Shown: piece by piece, positions 55,861 to 64,000 of the stretch
Layout of the letters: each line of letters opens with the position of its first letter
Numbering within the stretch: position 1 is the first letter of the stretch
Source of the DNA: Lysobacterales bacterium
Lineage (GTDB): Bacteria > Pseudomonadota > Gammaproteobacteria > Xanthomonadales > Ahniellaceae
Assembly (NCBI GenBank): GCA_043753835.1
Contig: JAYUVY010000089.1
Location: 6,828-70,827, forward strand
Direction: 5' to 3'
Length of the DNA stretch: 64,000 nucleotides
The notes under the pieces: model-generated
The model's database searches: none
What the model saw: the letters and a program-made list of their open reading frames with translations, nothing else
Told to the model about the DNA's origin: nothing
Translations under genes and position numbers: made by a program

Positions 55861-57144
55861 ATGTTCTTCCTGCACGCGCTGTATACCCTGACCATGTACC
55901 TGCTGACCCCGGTGATCCTGTATCGCCTGGCATTGCGTGGTCTGGGTTATCGCGATTACTGGGGTCGCTGGCGCGAACGCTTCGGGTTTTTCGCTGACCC
56001 TGAACTGCAGGACACGATCTGGGTGCACGCGGTGTCGGTTGGCGAAATGAATGCAGCGGCGCCGCTGATCGAGGCGCTGATGAAACGCTTCGAGGGCCGC
56101 AAGTTTGTCGTCACCACGGTCACCCCGACGGGTTCGGCGCGGGTGCAGAAACTGTTCGGCGATCGCGTCTTCCATGTCTATCTGCCCTACGACCTGACCG
56201 CGTCGATCCGGCGCTTTCTAGACCGCGTCAATCCGTCGCTGGCGGTGGTGATGGAAACCGAGATCTGGCCGAATCTCTACTACGAGTGCGCGCGCCGCAA
56301 GATCCCGATCGTGCTCGCGAATGCGCGTTTGTCCGAGCGTTCGCTGAAAGGTTACGGGCCGGTTCGACCGCTGGCGCGCGAAGCGATCCGCTCGGTCGCT
56401 TTCGTCGCCGCGCAATCGCAACAGGACTACGTGCGTCTGGCGCAACTCGGCGCGCGCAACGAGCGCATGCGTGTCGTCGGCAACGTCAAGTTCGACATGC
56501 GCGTGCCCAGCGGCTTGCCGCGCATCGGCAAGGTGCTGCGCGAATACTGGGGCGAGAATCGGCCGGTGTGGATCGCCGCGAGTACCCATGAAGCCGAGGA
56601 GGCGTCCGTGCTTGAAGCGCACACGCGCGTGCTGCGGCGCTTTCCGGATTCGTTGCTCGTCATCGCACCGCGCCATCCGGAGCGCTTTTATCCTGTCGTC
56701 AAACTCTGCCGTGGCTACGGCCTGCGCACGCTGTCGCGTTCCGAAGACACGGTCGCGCGTCTGGACACCCAAGCATTTGTGGTCGACACCATGGGTGAGC
56801 TGCTGAACTTCTTCGCGGCCAGCGACTGCGCCTTCATCGCCGGCAGCTTCGACAACATCGGTGGCCACAACGTGCTGGAACCCGCTGCCGTCGGCAAACC
56901 GGTTCTGGTCGGGCCGCATACCTTCAATTTCGCCGAAGTCACCGAAAACCTGATCAGCGACGGCGCCGCCATCCGTGTCTCCAATGCGGTCGAACTCGGC
57001 GACAGCATCTCGCGCCTGATGGCCGACCCCAAAGCCCGTAGCCGCATGTCCGAAGCCGCCCTCGCCGCCGTCGAACGCGAACGCGGTGCCGTCAGCCGCA
57101 TCGTCGAAATCGTTGCGGCGGTGATGGCGGGGGAAGAGCCGTAA
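55861..57144 (+). CDS. waaA: 3-deoxy-D-manno-octulosonic acid transferase
   Basis: IWVHAVSVGEMNAAAPLIEAL...IAPRHPERF...GGHNVLEPAAVGKPVLVGPHTFNF. Confidence 0.9.
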   Translation: MFFLHALYTLTMYLLTPVILYRLALRGLGYRDYWGRWRERFGFFADPELQDTIWVHAVSVGEMNAAAPLIEALMKRFEGRKFVVTTVTPTGSARVQKLFGDRVFHVYLPYDLTASIRRFLDRVNPSLAVVMETEIWPNLYYECARRKIPIVLANARLSERSLKGYGPVRPLAREAIRSVAFVAAQSQQDYVRLAQLGARNERMRVVGNVKFDMRVPSGLPRIGKVLREYWGENRPVWIAASTHEAEEASVLEAHTRVLRRFPDSLLVIAPRHPERFYPVVKLCRGYGLRTLSRSEDTVARLDTQAFVVDTMGELLNFFAASDCAFIAGSFDNIGGHNVLEPAAVGKPVLVGPHTFNFAEVTENLISDGAAIRVSNAVELGDSISRLMADPKARSRMSEAALAAVERERGAVSRIVEIVAAVMAGEEP

Positions 57145-57201
57145 TGGTCGCTACTCCTGCGGCACGAAGCACAAGCGAGACTTCTTGGCTAAAGTCCGCG
57201 C

Positions 57202-57381
57202 ATGAAGACGAAGCAAGATCAATCCTGTGACGGTCATCCGCCGAGCACCCAGTCGTCCGCAGACAACCCGAAGCGTCCGACGCTTGCAGAACTTCTGGCG
57301 AGTTGCGACCTCAGCGCACCGTTCCCGCCGCCCGATCCAGAGTGGGAAAAAATGGCGGCGGTTGGCAGCGAAATTTGGTGA
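57202..57381 (+). CDS. 59-aa ORF resembling only the C-terminal half of a MazE/AbrB-type antitoxin (possible remnant)
   Basis: Hand translation: MKTKQDQSCDGHPPSTQSSADNPKRPTLAELLASCDLSAPFPPPDPEWEKMAAVGSEIW. The PTLAELL...EWE...VGSEIW pattern recalls the MazE C-terminus. There is no SpoVT/AbrB N-domain and no toxin gene follows. Confidence 0.3.
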   Translation: MKTKQDQSCDGHPPSTQSSADNPKRPTLAELLASCDLSAPFPPPDPEWEKMAAVGSEIW

Positions 57382-57397
57382 GGCGGGTTGAACAGAA

Positions 57398-57733
57398 ATG
57401 GAATCGACAATGAAACGTCGCGAACAAGTCTTGTTGAGTTTCTACGTCAAGTTTCATGGACGGACGCCGACGGTGATGGAGGCATTCGCCCGCCAGCCAG
57501 CGGTGTACTGGCTCGGGATGGCTGTGTTACTTGCCATCCCCATGTTCGCAACCGCTTGGTGGGAATTCGCGCAACTACAACTGCCCTTTGGCATCGTGGC
57601 GGGTGCGATGCTGCGTGACATCGGCTTGATGCTGCGATTCAAGCGCGACTGGCCGATCTTGGATCGCGCCTTAAATTGGAGCGAGATTGATCGGCGTCTG
57701 TCACAACAATCTGTGCGCCCATCGGCGGACTGA
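57398..57733 (+). CDS. two-TM hypothetical membrane protein
   Basis: VYWLGMAVLLAIPMFATAWWEF and LPFGIVAGAMLRDIGLML helices. GC is lower than in the flanking genes. I recognise no family. Confidence 0.45.
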   Translation: MESTMKRREQVLLSFYVKFHGRTPTVMEAFARQPAVYWLGMAVLLAIPMFATAWWEFAQLQLPFGIVAGAMLRDIGLMLRFKRDWPILDRALNWSEIDRRLSQQSVRPSAD

Positions 57734-57756
57734 GGCAATTCCACGCGTCATGCGGG

Positions 57757-57850
57757 CTCACATATCAAACTTGCGCAACTCGAAGCCGCTATCACCGCCG
57801 TCGAACGCGAGCGAGGTGCCGTCAGGCGAATTGTCGAATTCGACGCCGCG
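57757..57850. pseudogene. chimeric relic: a holC 3'-end copy (minus sense) fused to a waaA 3'-end copy (plus sense)
   Basis: 57757-57790 matches holC 58531-58564 at 30 of 34 nt, including the stop codon and the codons for GFELRKFDM. 57791-57850 matches waaA 57061-57120 at 49 of 60 nt without gaps. Both are hand counts. Confidence 0.75.
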
Positions 57851-57859
57851 ATGCTGCAG

Positions 57860-58138
57860 TCAACCGCGCTTGAGATTCCGATAAAAATTCTCGTGGCTGC
57901 CGAGCAAGAGCAACACCCGCATTTTCGGATTCCATTCGTAGGCCAGCAGCATCTGCTGGCGGTTGATCAGAAACTTGTGGACGTATATGCCGACGAGGTC
58001 GCCCTTTTTTGCCTCGCCGATCCCTGGGTTGGCGACGATCGTGCGCACCGCATCGTCCACCACGGCTTGGTGGCTGGCGGCGAGCTTCTTGTACACCCGC
58101 TTGAACGCGGGCATTTGCAATAGGGCGACGTCAGCCAT
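57860..58138 (-). CDS. type II toxin, RelE/ParE superfamily
   Basis: 92 aa with ...KGDLVGIYVHKFLINRQQMLLAYEWNPKMRVLLLLGSHENFYRNLKR. Overlaps the upstream antitoxin by 8 nt. Confidence 0.75.
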   Translation of the reverse strand: MADVALLQMPAFKRVYKKLAASHQAVVDDAVRTIVANPGIGEAKKGDLVGIYVHKFLINRQQMLLAYEWNPKMRVLLLLGSHENFYRNLKRG

Positions 58139-58394
58139 GTCGGCGCGGCGTGCGCGCTTTGGACGCCGCCTTCTTCGCCGGCTTGAGGTCGAACGGCTCG
58201 GCGAGTGCCCGGTCGGTGTGCTTGCTGATCAATAGCTCGCGCACGAATTCGATCGGCAAGTCCGGGTTTTCCAGAGCCGTCTTGCCGACCAGCGCCCAGA
58301 ACTCGATCTGCTGCGGAATCGAACGCCGCTCCGCGCCGGCCACGCGCTGCGCGGCGAGATAAATGGCATTGTCGATCCGGATCGCAGTGCCCAC
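58131..58394 (-). CDS. ParD-like antitoxin
   Basis: IRIDNAIYLAAQRVAGAERRSIPQQIEFWALVGKTALENPDLP is typical of the ParD-like antitoxin family. Confidence 0.7.
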   Translation of the reverse strand: MGTAIRIDNAIYLAAQRVAGAERRSIPQQIEFWALVGKTALENPDLPIEFVRELLISKHTDRALAEPFDLKPAKKAASKARTPRRHG

Positions 58395-58531
58395 GTCGCC
58401 ACCTCAATATGTAGTGAATTGCCACAACTGTAGTCAAGCGCTACGTTCGCGTCCAGCGTCCGCGTGACAACGGGTTGCGCACGTGTCGCTGCCCTTGACC
58501 AGCAGCCCATTTGGGCTGCCACTTCATGCAC

Positions 58532-58954
58532 TCACATATCGAATTTACGCAACTCGAAGCCGCGTGACTTGTAGGCGATCCAGCGCGCGCGTGAGCCTTC
58601 GCGGTCGGCGGTTTCGGCGGGGATGACTTCCTTGACCGATTCCGGATCGCCGGGCACGGCGCTGTCGCGCAGGTTGATGATGAGGGCGCGCAGCGGCGTG
58701 TCGACGTCGGGCGGAACGATCAGTATCGGCGTCAGGTCGTCTTCTTCGTCGCCGGCGATCTGGTGGGCGATGAAGGCGTCCGGATCGAATTCCCAGAGCA
58801 GCTCGTCGAGTGCTTCGGCCTGGTCGCGGTCGCGCGTATGAATCAGCGTCGGAATCTGCTGGTCGAAGGCTTTCTTCGCGAGTTCGCAGACAAGCAGCAG
58901 CGGGTTCTCGCGAAAGCGCGGTTTGTCGATCAGGTAGAAGTCAGCGCGGGGCAT
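58532..58954 (-). CDS. holC: DNA polymerase III chi subunit
   Basis: MPRADFYLIDKPRFRENPLLLVCELAKKAF...LDELLWEF. It sits downstream of pepA, as in other gammaproteobacteria. Confidence 0.88.
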   Translation of the reverse strand: MPRADFYLIDKPRFRENPLLLVCELAKKAFDQQIPTLIHTRDRDQAEALDELLWEFDPDAFIAHQIAGDEEDDLTPILIVPPDVDTPLRALIINLRDSAVPGDPESVKEVIPAETADREGSRARWIAYKSRGFELRKFDM

Positions 58955-58969
58955 GGTCGTGATCTCGCG

Positions 58970-60454
58970 TCAGGCGCCCGTCTGCGAGGCGACGTGCTGC
59001 ATCAGCCATTGCATCAGCAGCGGCAGTGGACGACCGGTGGCACCGCCCTTGCGGCCTTCGTCCGATGCGCTGCCGGCGACGTCGAGATGCGCCCAGCGCA
59101 GGCCCTCGGTGAAGCGCGCGAGGAAGCAGCCGGCGGTGATCGCGCCGGCGTTCTTGCCACCGATGTTGGCGATGTCGGCGAAGCTCGTTTCCAGTTGCGT
59201 CTGGTAGTCGTCCCACAGTGGCAGGCGCCAGGCGCGGTCGTGCACTTCGTCGCCGGCGGCGATCAATTCGTTGGCGAGATCATCGTGCTTGCTCATCAAG
59301 CCGCTCGCGTGTTTGCCGAGGGCAACGATGCACGCGCCGGTCAGGGTCGCGATATCGATCACGGTGTGCGGTTCGAAGCGGCGTGCGTAGGTGAGCGCGT
59401 CGCACAGGATCAGGCGGCCTTCGGCGTCGGTGTTCAGCACTTCGACGGTGATGCCGGACATCGTGGTGACGACATCGCCGGGGCGCGACGCATCGCCGTC
59501 GGGCATGTTCTCGACGGCCGGCACGATGCCGATCAGATCCACCGGCAGACCGAGGCGCGCACTCGCTTCGATCGCACCGAATACTGACGCGGCACCGCAC
59601 ATGTCGTACTTCATTTCGTCCATGCCGGCCGCGGGCTTGATGCTGATGCCGCCCGTGTCGAAGGTGACACCCTTGCCGACCAGCACGACGGGTTTTCGCT
59701 CGCGCGAACCCTGGTAACGCATCACGATCAGCTGCGGCGGGTTGGCGCTGCCACGGGCGACGCCGAGCAGCGCACCCATCCCGAGTTCCTGCATCTGTGC
59801 ACGATCGAGCACTTCGACGCTGACGTGGGTCAGTTCCCGCGCCATCTGCTGCGCGACCTCGGCGAGATACAACGGCGTGCAGATGTTCGGCGGCAGGTTG
59901 CCGAGTTCACGCGTACGACGCATGCCGTGCGCGATGGCGCGACCGGCTTGCACCGTGGTCTCCTCAGTCGTGGCAATGGCGAGTTCACTGACGCCGTCAA
60001 CGCGTTCCGATTTGCGTCGCGTCGCCTCGTAGCGATAAAGCGCGGCTTCGGCGGCGATCACATGCTCGCGCACCGCCCAGGCATTGTCGCGACCGATGAT
60101 GGTGAGCTCTGCAAGCCAACTCGCCGCGCGTCGCGACGGCCCGCTACGCAGCGCCTTCAGCGCCTCGCGCACGGCACCGATATAACGCGCCGCACCGAAC
60201 TGGTTCGCATCACCTAGGCCGACCAGCAGCACGCGCTTGGCGCTGACACCGGGCAGGTCATAAAGCCGCGTCAACTGGTTGACCTTGGTGCCGACATCGC
60301 CGGCGTCGATACGCGCGCGGATCGCCCCGCTGCTGGCGCGATCGATATCCGCAGTCGCCACCGGCAGCACGCCGCGCTCGAACACGCCAAGGATCAGAAT
60401 GTCGGCGACGCATTCAGCGGGTTGTGCTTTCAGTGAAACGACATCGATATTCAT
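58970..60454 (-). CDS. pepA: leucyl aminopeptidase
   Basis: The internal ATG at 60454 is the likely start. VGKGVTFDTGGISIKP...MKYDMCGAA...NTDAEGRLILCDAL are M17 signatures. Confidence 0.92.
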   Translation of the reverse strand: MNIDVVSLKAQPAECVADILILGVFERGVLPVATADIDRASSGAIRARIDAGDVGTKVNQLTRLYDLPGVSAKRVLLVGLGDANQFGAARYIGAVREALKALRSGPSRRAASWLAELTIIGRDNAWAVREHVIAAEAALYRYEATRRKSERVDGVSELAIATTEETTVQAGRAIAHGMRRTRELGNLPPNICTPLYLAEVAQQMARELTHVSVEVLDRAQMQELGMGALLGVARGSANPPQLIVMRYQGSRERKPVVLVGKGVTFDTGGISIKPAAGMDEMKYDMCGAASVFGAIEASARLGLPVDLIGIVPAVENMPDGDASRPGDVVTTMSGITVEVLNTDAEGRLILCDALTYARRFEPHTVIDIATLTGACIVALGKHASGLMSKHDDLANELIAAGDEVHDRAWRLPLWDDYQTQLETSFADIANIGGKNAGAITAGCFLARFTEGLRWAHLDVAGSASDEGRKGGATGRPLPLLMQWLMQHVASQTGA

Positions 60455-60669
60455 GCTTGTCCTGCGGAAGCCGGGCTTCCATAGTGGTTTTCGGGACGGC
60501 GACTGCGCGTCGCCTGATAGACTCGCGCCACCCGCAAACGGGCGTTGTGATGGCCGGCAGTCTAGCAAACCGGCGCAGCTTGTCTGACGAACGAATGCTC
60601 CGAACCGAACGCCCTGACGCTCCAACGCCCTGACGACCGAGAACGCTGCTGCGCATCATTGACCGCTAT

Positions 60670-61734
60670 TTGCTGCGCGAACTCGGCCGCTCCTTCGTGG
60701 CGGTGAACATCGTGCTGTTGATGGTGACGTTTGGTGGCGTGCTCACCAATGTGCTCAATCGCATTGCCAGCGGCAAATTGCCGGCGTCGCTGCTGTTGGC
60801 GCAGGTCGGGCTGCGTTCACTCGACGGTCTCGCGATCATCCTGCCACTTGGCATGTTCCTGACCGTATTGCTCGCCTACGGGCGTCTGTATCGCGATAGT
60901 GAAATGGCGGTGATTGCGGCATCCGGTTTGCGTCTGCGCGCGATGCTGCGGCCGGTGTTGTGGCTGGCGCTGCCGTTGGCCGGGGTGCTCGCGGCCATCA
61001 CCTTTGTCGCCAGCCCGCGTGCGCTAGCGCTTGCCGACAAGCTCGTCCAGGAAGCGAACCGTTCATTGCTGGTCGCGGGCCTTGAAGCCGGCCGCTTCGT
61101 CGATCTGCCGGGGTCGCTCGGCGTCATCTACATCGGCACCATGAGCGCCGACGGCCGCAGCTTCACGCGCCTGTTCCTGCAGTCGGAACAGGATGGCCGG
61201 CTCGATGTCGTTACCGCTGCGCGCGGCGAGCTGTACAACGACCGCGCCGGGCGCGAGCGTTATCTGCGCCTGTACGAAGGCTTTCGCGTCGAAGGCACGC
61301 TCGACCAACCGGACTTCCGCGCCATGCGTTTCGCGCGCAACGACATCCGCCTGCCGGAACCCGAGGAAGCCGGTCCGAAGAAAGCGGAAACACGCCGCGA
61401 CAGCACTGTGCTGTTTGCCAGCAATCGCCGCGCCGATCAGGCCGAATTGCATTGGCGCGCGGCCTTGCCGATTTCGGCGCTGGTGCTGGCCTTGCTGGCG
61501 TTTCCGCTGGCGCGTTCGGCGCCGCGTTCGCCACGCTTCGGCAAGCTGATCATCGCCGTGCTCGCCTATGTCGTGTACTTCAATCTGCTTGCGCTTGGCC
61601 GCGGTTGGTTGGCCGATGGCAGTCTGCCGATGGCCGGTGGGTTGTGGTGGGTGCATGGTGCAGCGCTGCTGGTGTTCGTCGTGCTGTATGCGCTCGGCAG
61701 TCGCCTGCCGCGCCCGGCAAAGGTGCGCGCATGA
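60670..61734 (+). CDS. lptF: LPS export ABC transporter permease LptF (true start probably upstream at a non-canonical codon)
   Basis: LLRELGRSFVAVNIVLLMVTF... The conserved IIDRY residues are encoded in frame at 60655-60669, but no ATG or GTG lies between them and the stop at 60631. Confidence 0.85.
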   Translation: MLRELGRSFVAVNIVLLMVTFGGVLTNVLNRIASGKLPASLLLAQVGLRSLDGLAIILPLGMFLTVLLAYGRLYRDSEMAVIAASGLRLRAMLRPVLWLALPLAGVLAAITFVASPRALALADKLVQEANRSLLVAGLEAGRFVDLPGSLGVIYIGTMSADGRSFTRLFLQSEQDGRLDVVTAARGELYNDRAGRERYLRLYEGFRVEGTLDQPDFRAMRFARNDIRLPEPEEAGPKKAETRRDSTVLFASNRRADQAELHWRAALPISALVLALLAFPLARSAPRSPRFGKLIIAVLAYVVYFNLLALGRGWLADGSLPMAGGLWWVHGAALLVFVVLYALGSRLPRPAKVRA

Positions 61735-61744
61735 GCGGTTTCGC

Positions 61745-62827
61745 ATGATCGGCCTCAAGCGTGCCGACCGTCTGATCGCGGCGCAGGTGCTCGGCGCTGC
61801 GCTGCTGGCCTTGTTGATCTTTGTCGGCATCGATGCCATCGGCGCTTTCGTGCGCGAGATCGACGAGATCGGCGAAGGCGATTACACGCTGGCGATGGCC
61901 GCGACCTATGTCGCCTACACCATCCCGCGGCGCATGTACGACTTGTTCCCGTTGGCGGCCGCGACCGGTGCCGCAATGGGTCTCGGCGGACTGGCGCCGA
62001 CATCAGAACTCACCGCTCTGCGTGCGGCTGGCTGGTCGAAGCTGCGACTGTGTCTGGGCGCATTGCTGTCACTTGCTGTGATCACGGCAGGTGCGATGCT
62101 CATCGGCGAGACGATTGGTCCCGCCGGCGAGCGCGCGGCGCAAGGCGTGGCGATCGGCGCGAAGTCGCAGGATCTGGTCACCGCCAATGCCTCCGGCGTG
62201 TGGGCGCGCGATCACGAAGATCTGTTGAACGCGACGCGTGGTGCGTTTGTTGGCGGCGATGTCGAGCTGATCGATGCGCGCCTGTACCGTTTCGACGACC
62301 GCGGCCGCTTGCTGTCCATCACCCGTGGCGAGAAGGCGCGTCACGATGCCGGCACTTGGTTGTTCACGAAGGTGCAGCGCTACGTGTTTGGCGCGGACGC
62401 CGTGGTGTCGGAAGTGCTCGCGCAATGGCGTTGGGAAGTCGCACTCGACCCGGCCTTGATCTCCGCTTCGGTGGTACGGCCGCATTACCAGTCGATGCGC
62501 GAACTGCGCGAACACATCGCTTATCTCGAACGCAATCGCCTCGATGCACAGACGTTTCTCTCGGCGTTCTGGGCGCGCGTGTTCTATCCCCTGGGCGTGC
62601 TGGCGACGGCGGTGCTGGCGATGCCGTTCGCGTTCTCGAGCTTGCGTTCCGGTGGCTTCGGCAAGCGCCTGTTCTTCGGTCTGACCATCGCGATTGGTTT
62701 TTACTACGGGCAACAGGCGATCGTGAATGCGGTCGAAGTCGCGCGTGGTCCGCTGTCGCTCGCCTATGCGTTGCCGCCGCTATTCGCGATGGCGTTCTCG
62801 TGGCTGTGGTTGCGTCGCAGTTTCTGA
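61745..62827 (+). CDS. lptG: LPS export ABC transporter permease LptG
   Basis: The internal ATG at 61745 gives MIGLKRADRLIAAQVLGAALLALLIFVGID. The gene starts 11 nt after lptF. Confidence 0.88.
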   Translation: MIGLKRADRLIAAQVLGAALLALLIFVGIDAIGAFVREIDEIGEGDYTLAMAATYVAYTIPRRMYDLFPLAAATGAAMGLGGLAPTSELTALRAAGWSKLRLCLGALLSLAVITAGAMLIGETIGPAGERAAQGVAIGAKSQDLVTANASGVWARDHEDLLNATRGAFVGGDVELIDARLYRFDDRGRLLSITRGEKARHDAGTWLFTKVQRYVFGADAVVSEVLAQWRWEVALDPALISASVVRPHYQSMRELREHIAYLERNRLDAQTFLSAFWARVFYPLGVLATAVLAMPFAFSSLRSGGFGKRLFFGLTIAIGFYYGQQAIVNAVEVARGPLSLAYALPPLFAMAFSWLWLRRSF

Positions 62828-62849
62828 CGCAGTCAGTGCATTCAACGGA

Positions 62850-63293
62850 TCAGCGTTTCGGCCGATGGATGACGACCGTGTGTGCCGCCAGATCATGCAG
62901 CGCGCGGCGTTTCGAATCGAACAGACACCACAGCCAGCCGATCGGCGCGAACAGGCCGATGCCGAAGCGCAGCAGCGCACGCTTGAGCGTCAGCGTGTTC
63001 GCGTCGGCGCGCACCGCGATGCGCCAGGCGCGCATGCCGATGGTCTGGCCGCCGCGCAGCCACGACACCAGATAGTAGGCGAGCGTCAATACGCCCAGCC
63101 ACAGTTGCAACAGCAGATGCGGCCAGCCGCTGCGCAACACCAGATCGGCGCGCTCCGCGGGCACCGACAGACGCGCCAACACCAACGCGATCGCGGTCGC
63201 AATCATCAGCAGTGCTGCGAGTGGCAACAGGTCGTAAAGGGCAGCCAGTACGCGACGCCACAGTGGCGCGTAGATCGGTGGGTCGGTTTGCAA
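62850..63293 (-). CDS. RDD-family membrane protein
   Basis: Proposed TTG start gives (M)QTDPPIYAPLWRRVLAALYDLLP...GGQTIGMRAWRIAV...RALHDLAAHTVV. The N-terminal part of the track ORF is not protein-like. Confidence 0.7.
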   Translation of the reverse strand: MQTDPPIYAPLWRRVLAALYDLLPLAALLMIATAIALVLARLSVPAERADLVLRSGWPHLLLQLWLGVLTLAYYLVSWLRGGQTIGMRAWRIAVRADANTLTLKRALLRFGIGLFAPIGWLWCLFDSKRRALHDLAAHTVVIHRPKR

Positions 63294-63322
63294 GGTCGCG
63301 GGCTCGGGATAAGGTGGCGGGC

Positions 63323-64000
63323 ATGGTAACGAAGCTGCCCGCAAGCCCCAATGACGCGCTGATCCGTTCGGTGCTGGAACAGTTGTGGTCGGAGCTGGGT
63401 TTGTCGAAGAACACACTCGCGTCCTATCGCGCCGATCTGGTCGCAGTCGATCGTCTGCTCGCGGCCCGCAGTCGCGCGCTTGATGCAGCCACGCGCGAAG
63501 ACCTGTTTGCGGTGCTCGCCGAACGTGGCCGCAGCGGCATCGGTGCGCGCAGCAGTGCGCGCATGCTGTCGGCGCTGAGGTTGTTCTACCGGCATCTGTT
63601 GCGGACGGGTCGCATCGCGGGCGATCCGACGGTGCTGATCGATGCACCGAAGTTGCCGAAGCCGCTGCCGAAGGCGCTCGGTGAAACCGAGGTCGAATTG
63701 CTGCTCAACACGCCGGATATCGCCACACCACTCGGACTGCGCGATCGCGCCATGATTGAGATGATGTACGCGACCGGCCTGCGCGTCACCGAACTGGTCA
63801 CGCTCGAAGTCGATCAGGTCAACCTGCGCCAGGGCGCGCTGCGCGTGCGCGGCAAGGGCGACAAGGATCGCTTGGTGCCGGTCGGCGAAGTCGCACTCGA
63901 CTGGCTCACGCGTTACGTGAGCGAGGCGCGGCCGCTGCTGCTCAAAGGCCGCCCAAGCAAGAGCCTGTTCGTCACCAACCGGCGCACACCGCTGTCGCGC
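63323..64000 (+). CDS. xerD: tyrosine recombinase XerD, N-terminal ~226 codons (3' end lies outside the window)
   Basis: Hand translation from the ATG at 63323: MVTKLPASPNDALIRSVLEQLWSELGLSKNTLASYRADL...LRDRAMIEMMYATGLRVTELVTL...LRVRGKGDKDRLVP. The frame is open to the window end and is absent from the ORF track because it has no stop codon. Confidence 0.88.
   Translation, partial: MVTKLPASPNDALIRSVLEQLWSELGLSKNTLASYRADLVAVDRLLAARSRALDAATREDLFAVLAERGRSGIGARSSARMLSALRLFYRHLLRTGRIAGDPTVLIDAPKLPKPLPKALGETEVELLLNTPDIATPLGLRDRAMIEMMYATGLRVTELVTLEVDQVNLRQGALRVRGKGDKDRLVPVGEVALDWLTRYVSEARPLLLKGRPSKSLFVTNRRTPLSR

Noticed and set aside
63323-64000. Tyrosine recombinase as a marker of an integrated mobile element
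   Set aside because: The sequence has the XerD-type N-terminal and catalytic-domain pattern, and its neighbours are housekeeping genes (lptG, RDD). No att-like repeats or phage genes are present, so it is the chromosome dimer resolvase rather than an integrase.
1-64000. Search for tRNA, rRNA, CRISPR arrays, IS elements, prophage genes, retron or DGR reverse transcriptases
   Set aside because: No cloverleaf-like or rRNA-like stretches lie in the few non-coding gaps. There are no regularly spaced direct repeats, and no transposase, integrase (other than xerD) or reverse-transcriptase-like ORFs in any frame.

Overview
High-GC gammaproteobacterial chromosome segment. The gene order looks Xanthomonadales/Lysobacterales-like (aroQ-accB-accC-prmA, erpA-bactofilin, pepA-holC divergent from lptFG, ilvC-ilvG-ilvM); this is an inference from synteny, not a database hit. 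Most of the window is housekeeping. It holds the rho 3' end; a branched-chain amino-acid supercluster (ilvD-ilvC-ilvG / ilvM-ilvE-ilvA on the minus strand, divergent from leuA-leuC-leuD-leuB); nudE-cysQ-mazG; nudC, erpA, bactofilin and prmA; accBC and aroQ; an LPS core/lipid A block (GT4, O-antigen-ligase-like, GT2, lpxL, waaA); holC, pepA, lptF, lptG; and the xerD 5' part. I found no rRNA, tRNA, CRISPR array, transposase or phage gene. Seven observations stand out. (1) Three promoter-leader peptide-terminator attenuator cassettes share one architecture. Two are clear paralogues whose peptides both end in ERDECLT, and one of these sits inside the ilv operon between the AHAS large and small subunit genes. 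(2) A lower-GC two-gene module (Schlafen-like AlbA_2/HATPase_c_4 protein plus ParA-like ATPase) is wedged seamlessly between accC and prmA; this is my best candidate for an undescribed defence or addiction system. (3) Four signal-peptide proteins end in the same extreme C-terminal motif [LIF][LF]xDGFE. (4) The waaA/holC junction carries a chimeric relic of both gene ends joined at a 9-nt microhomology, which separates two different toxin-antitoxin-type cassettes. (5) There are four intact type II TA pairs plus one antitoxin remnant. (6) A VOC-family gene is frameshifted. (7) A DUF2339/DUF3999 membrane pair sits inside the LPS gene block. All coordinates were derived by hand from the ORF track and the sequence, so non-ORF elements may be off by 1-2 nt.
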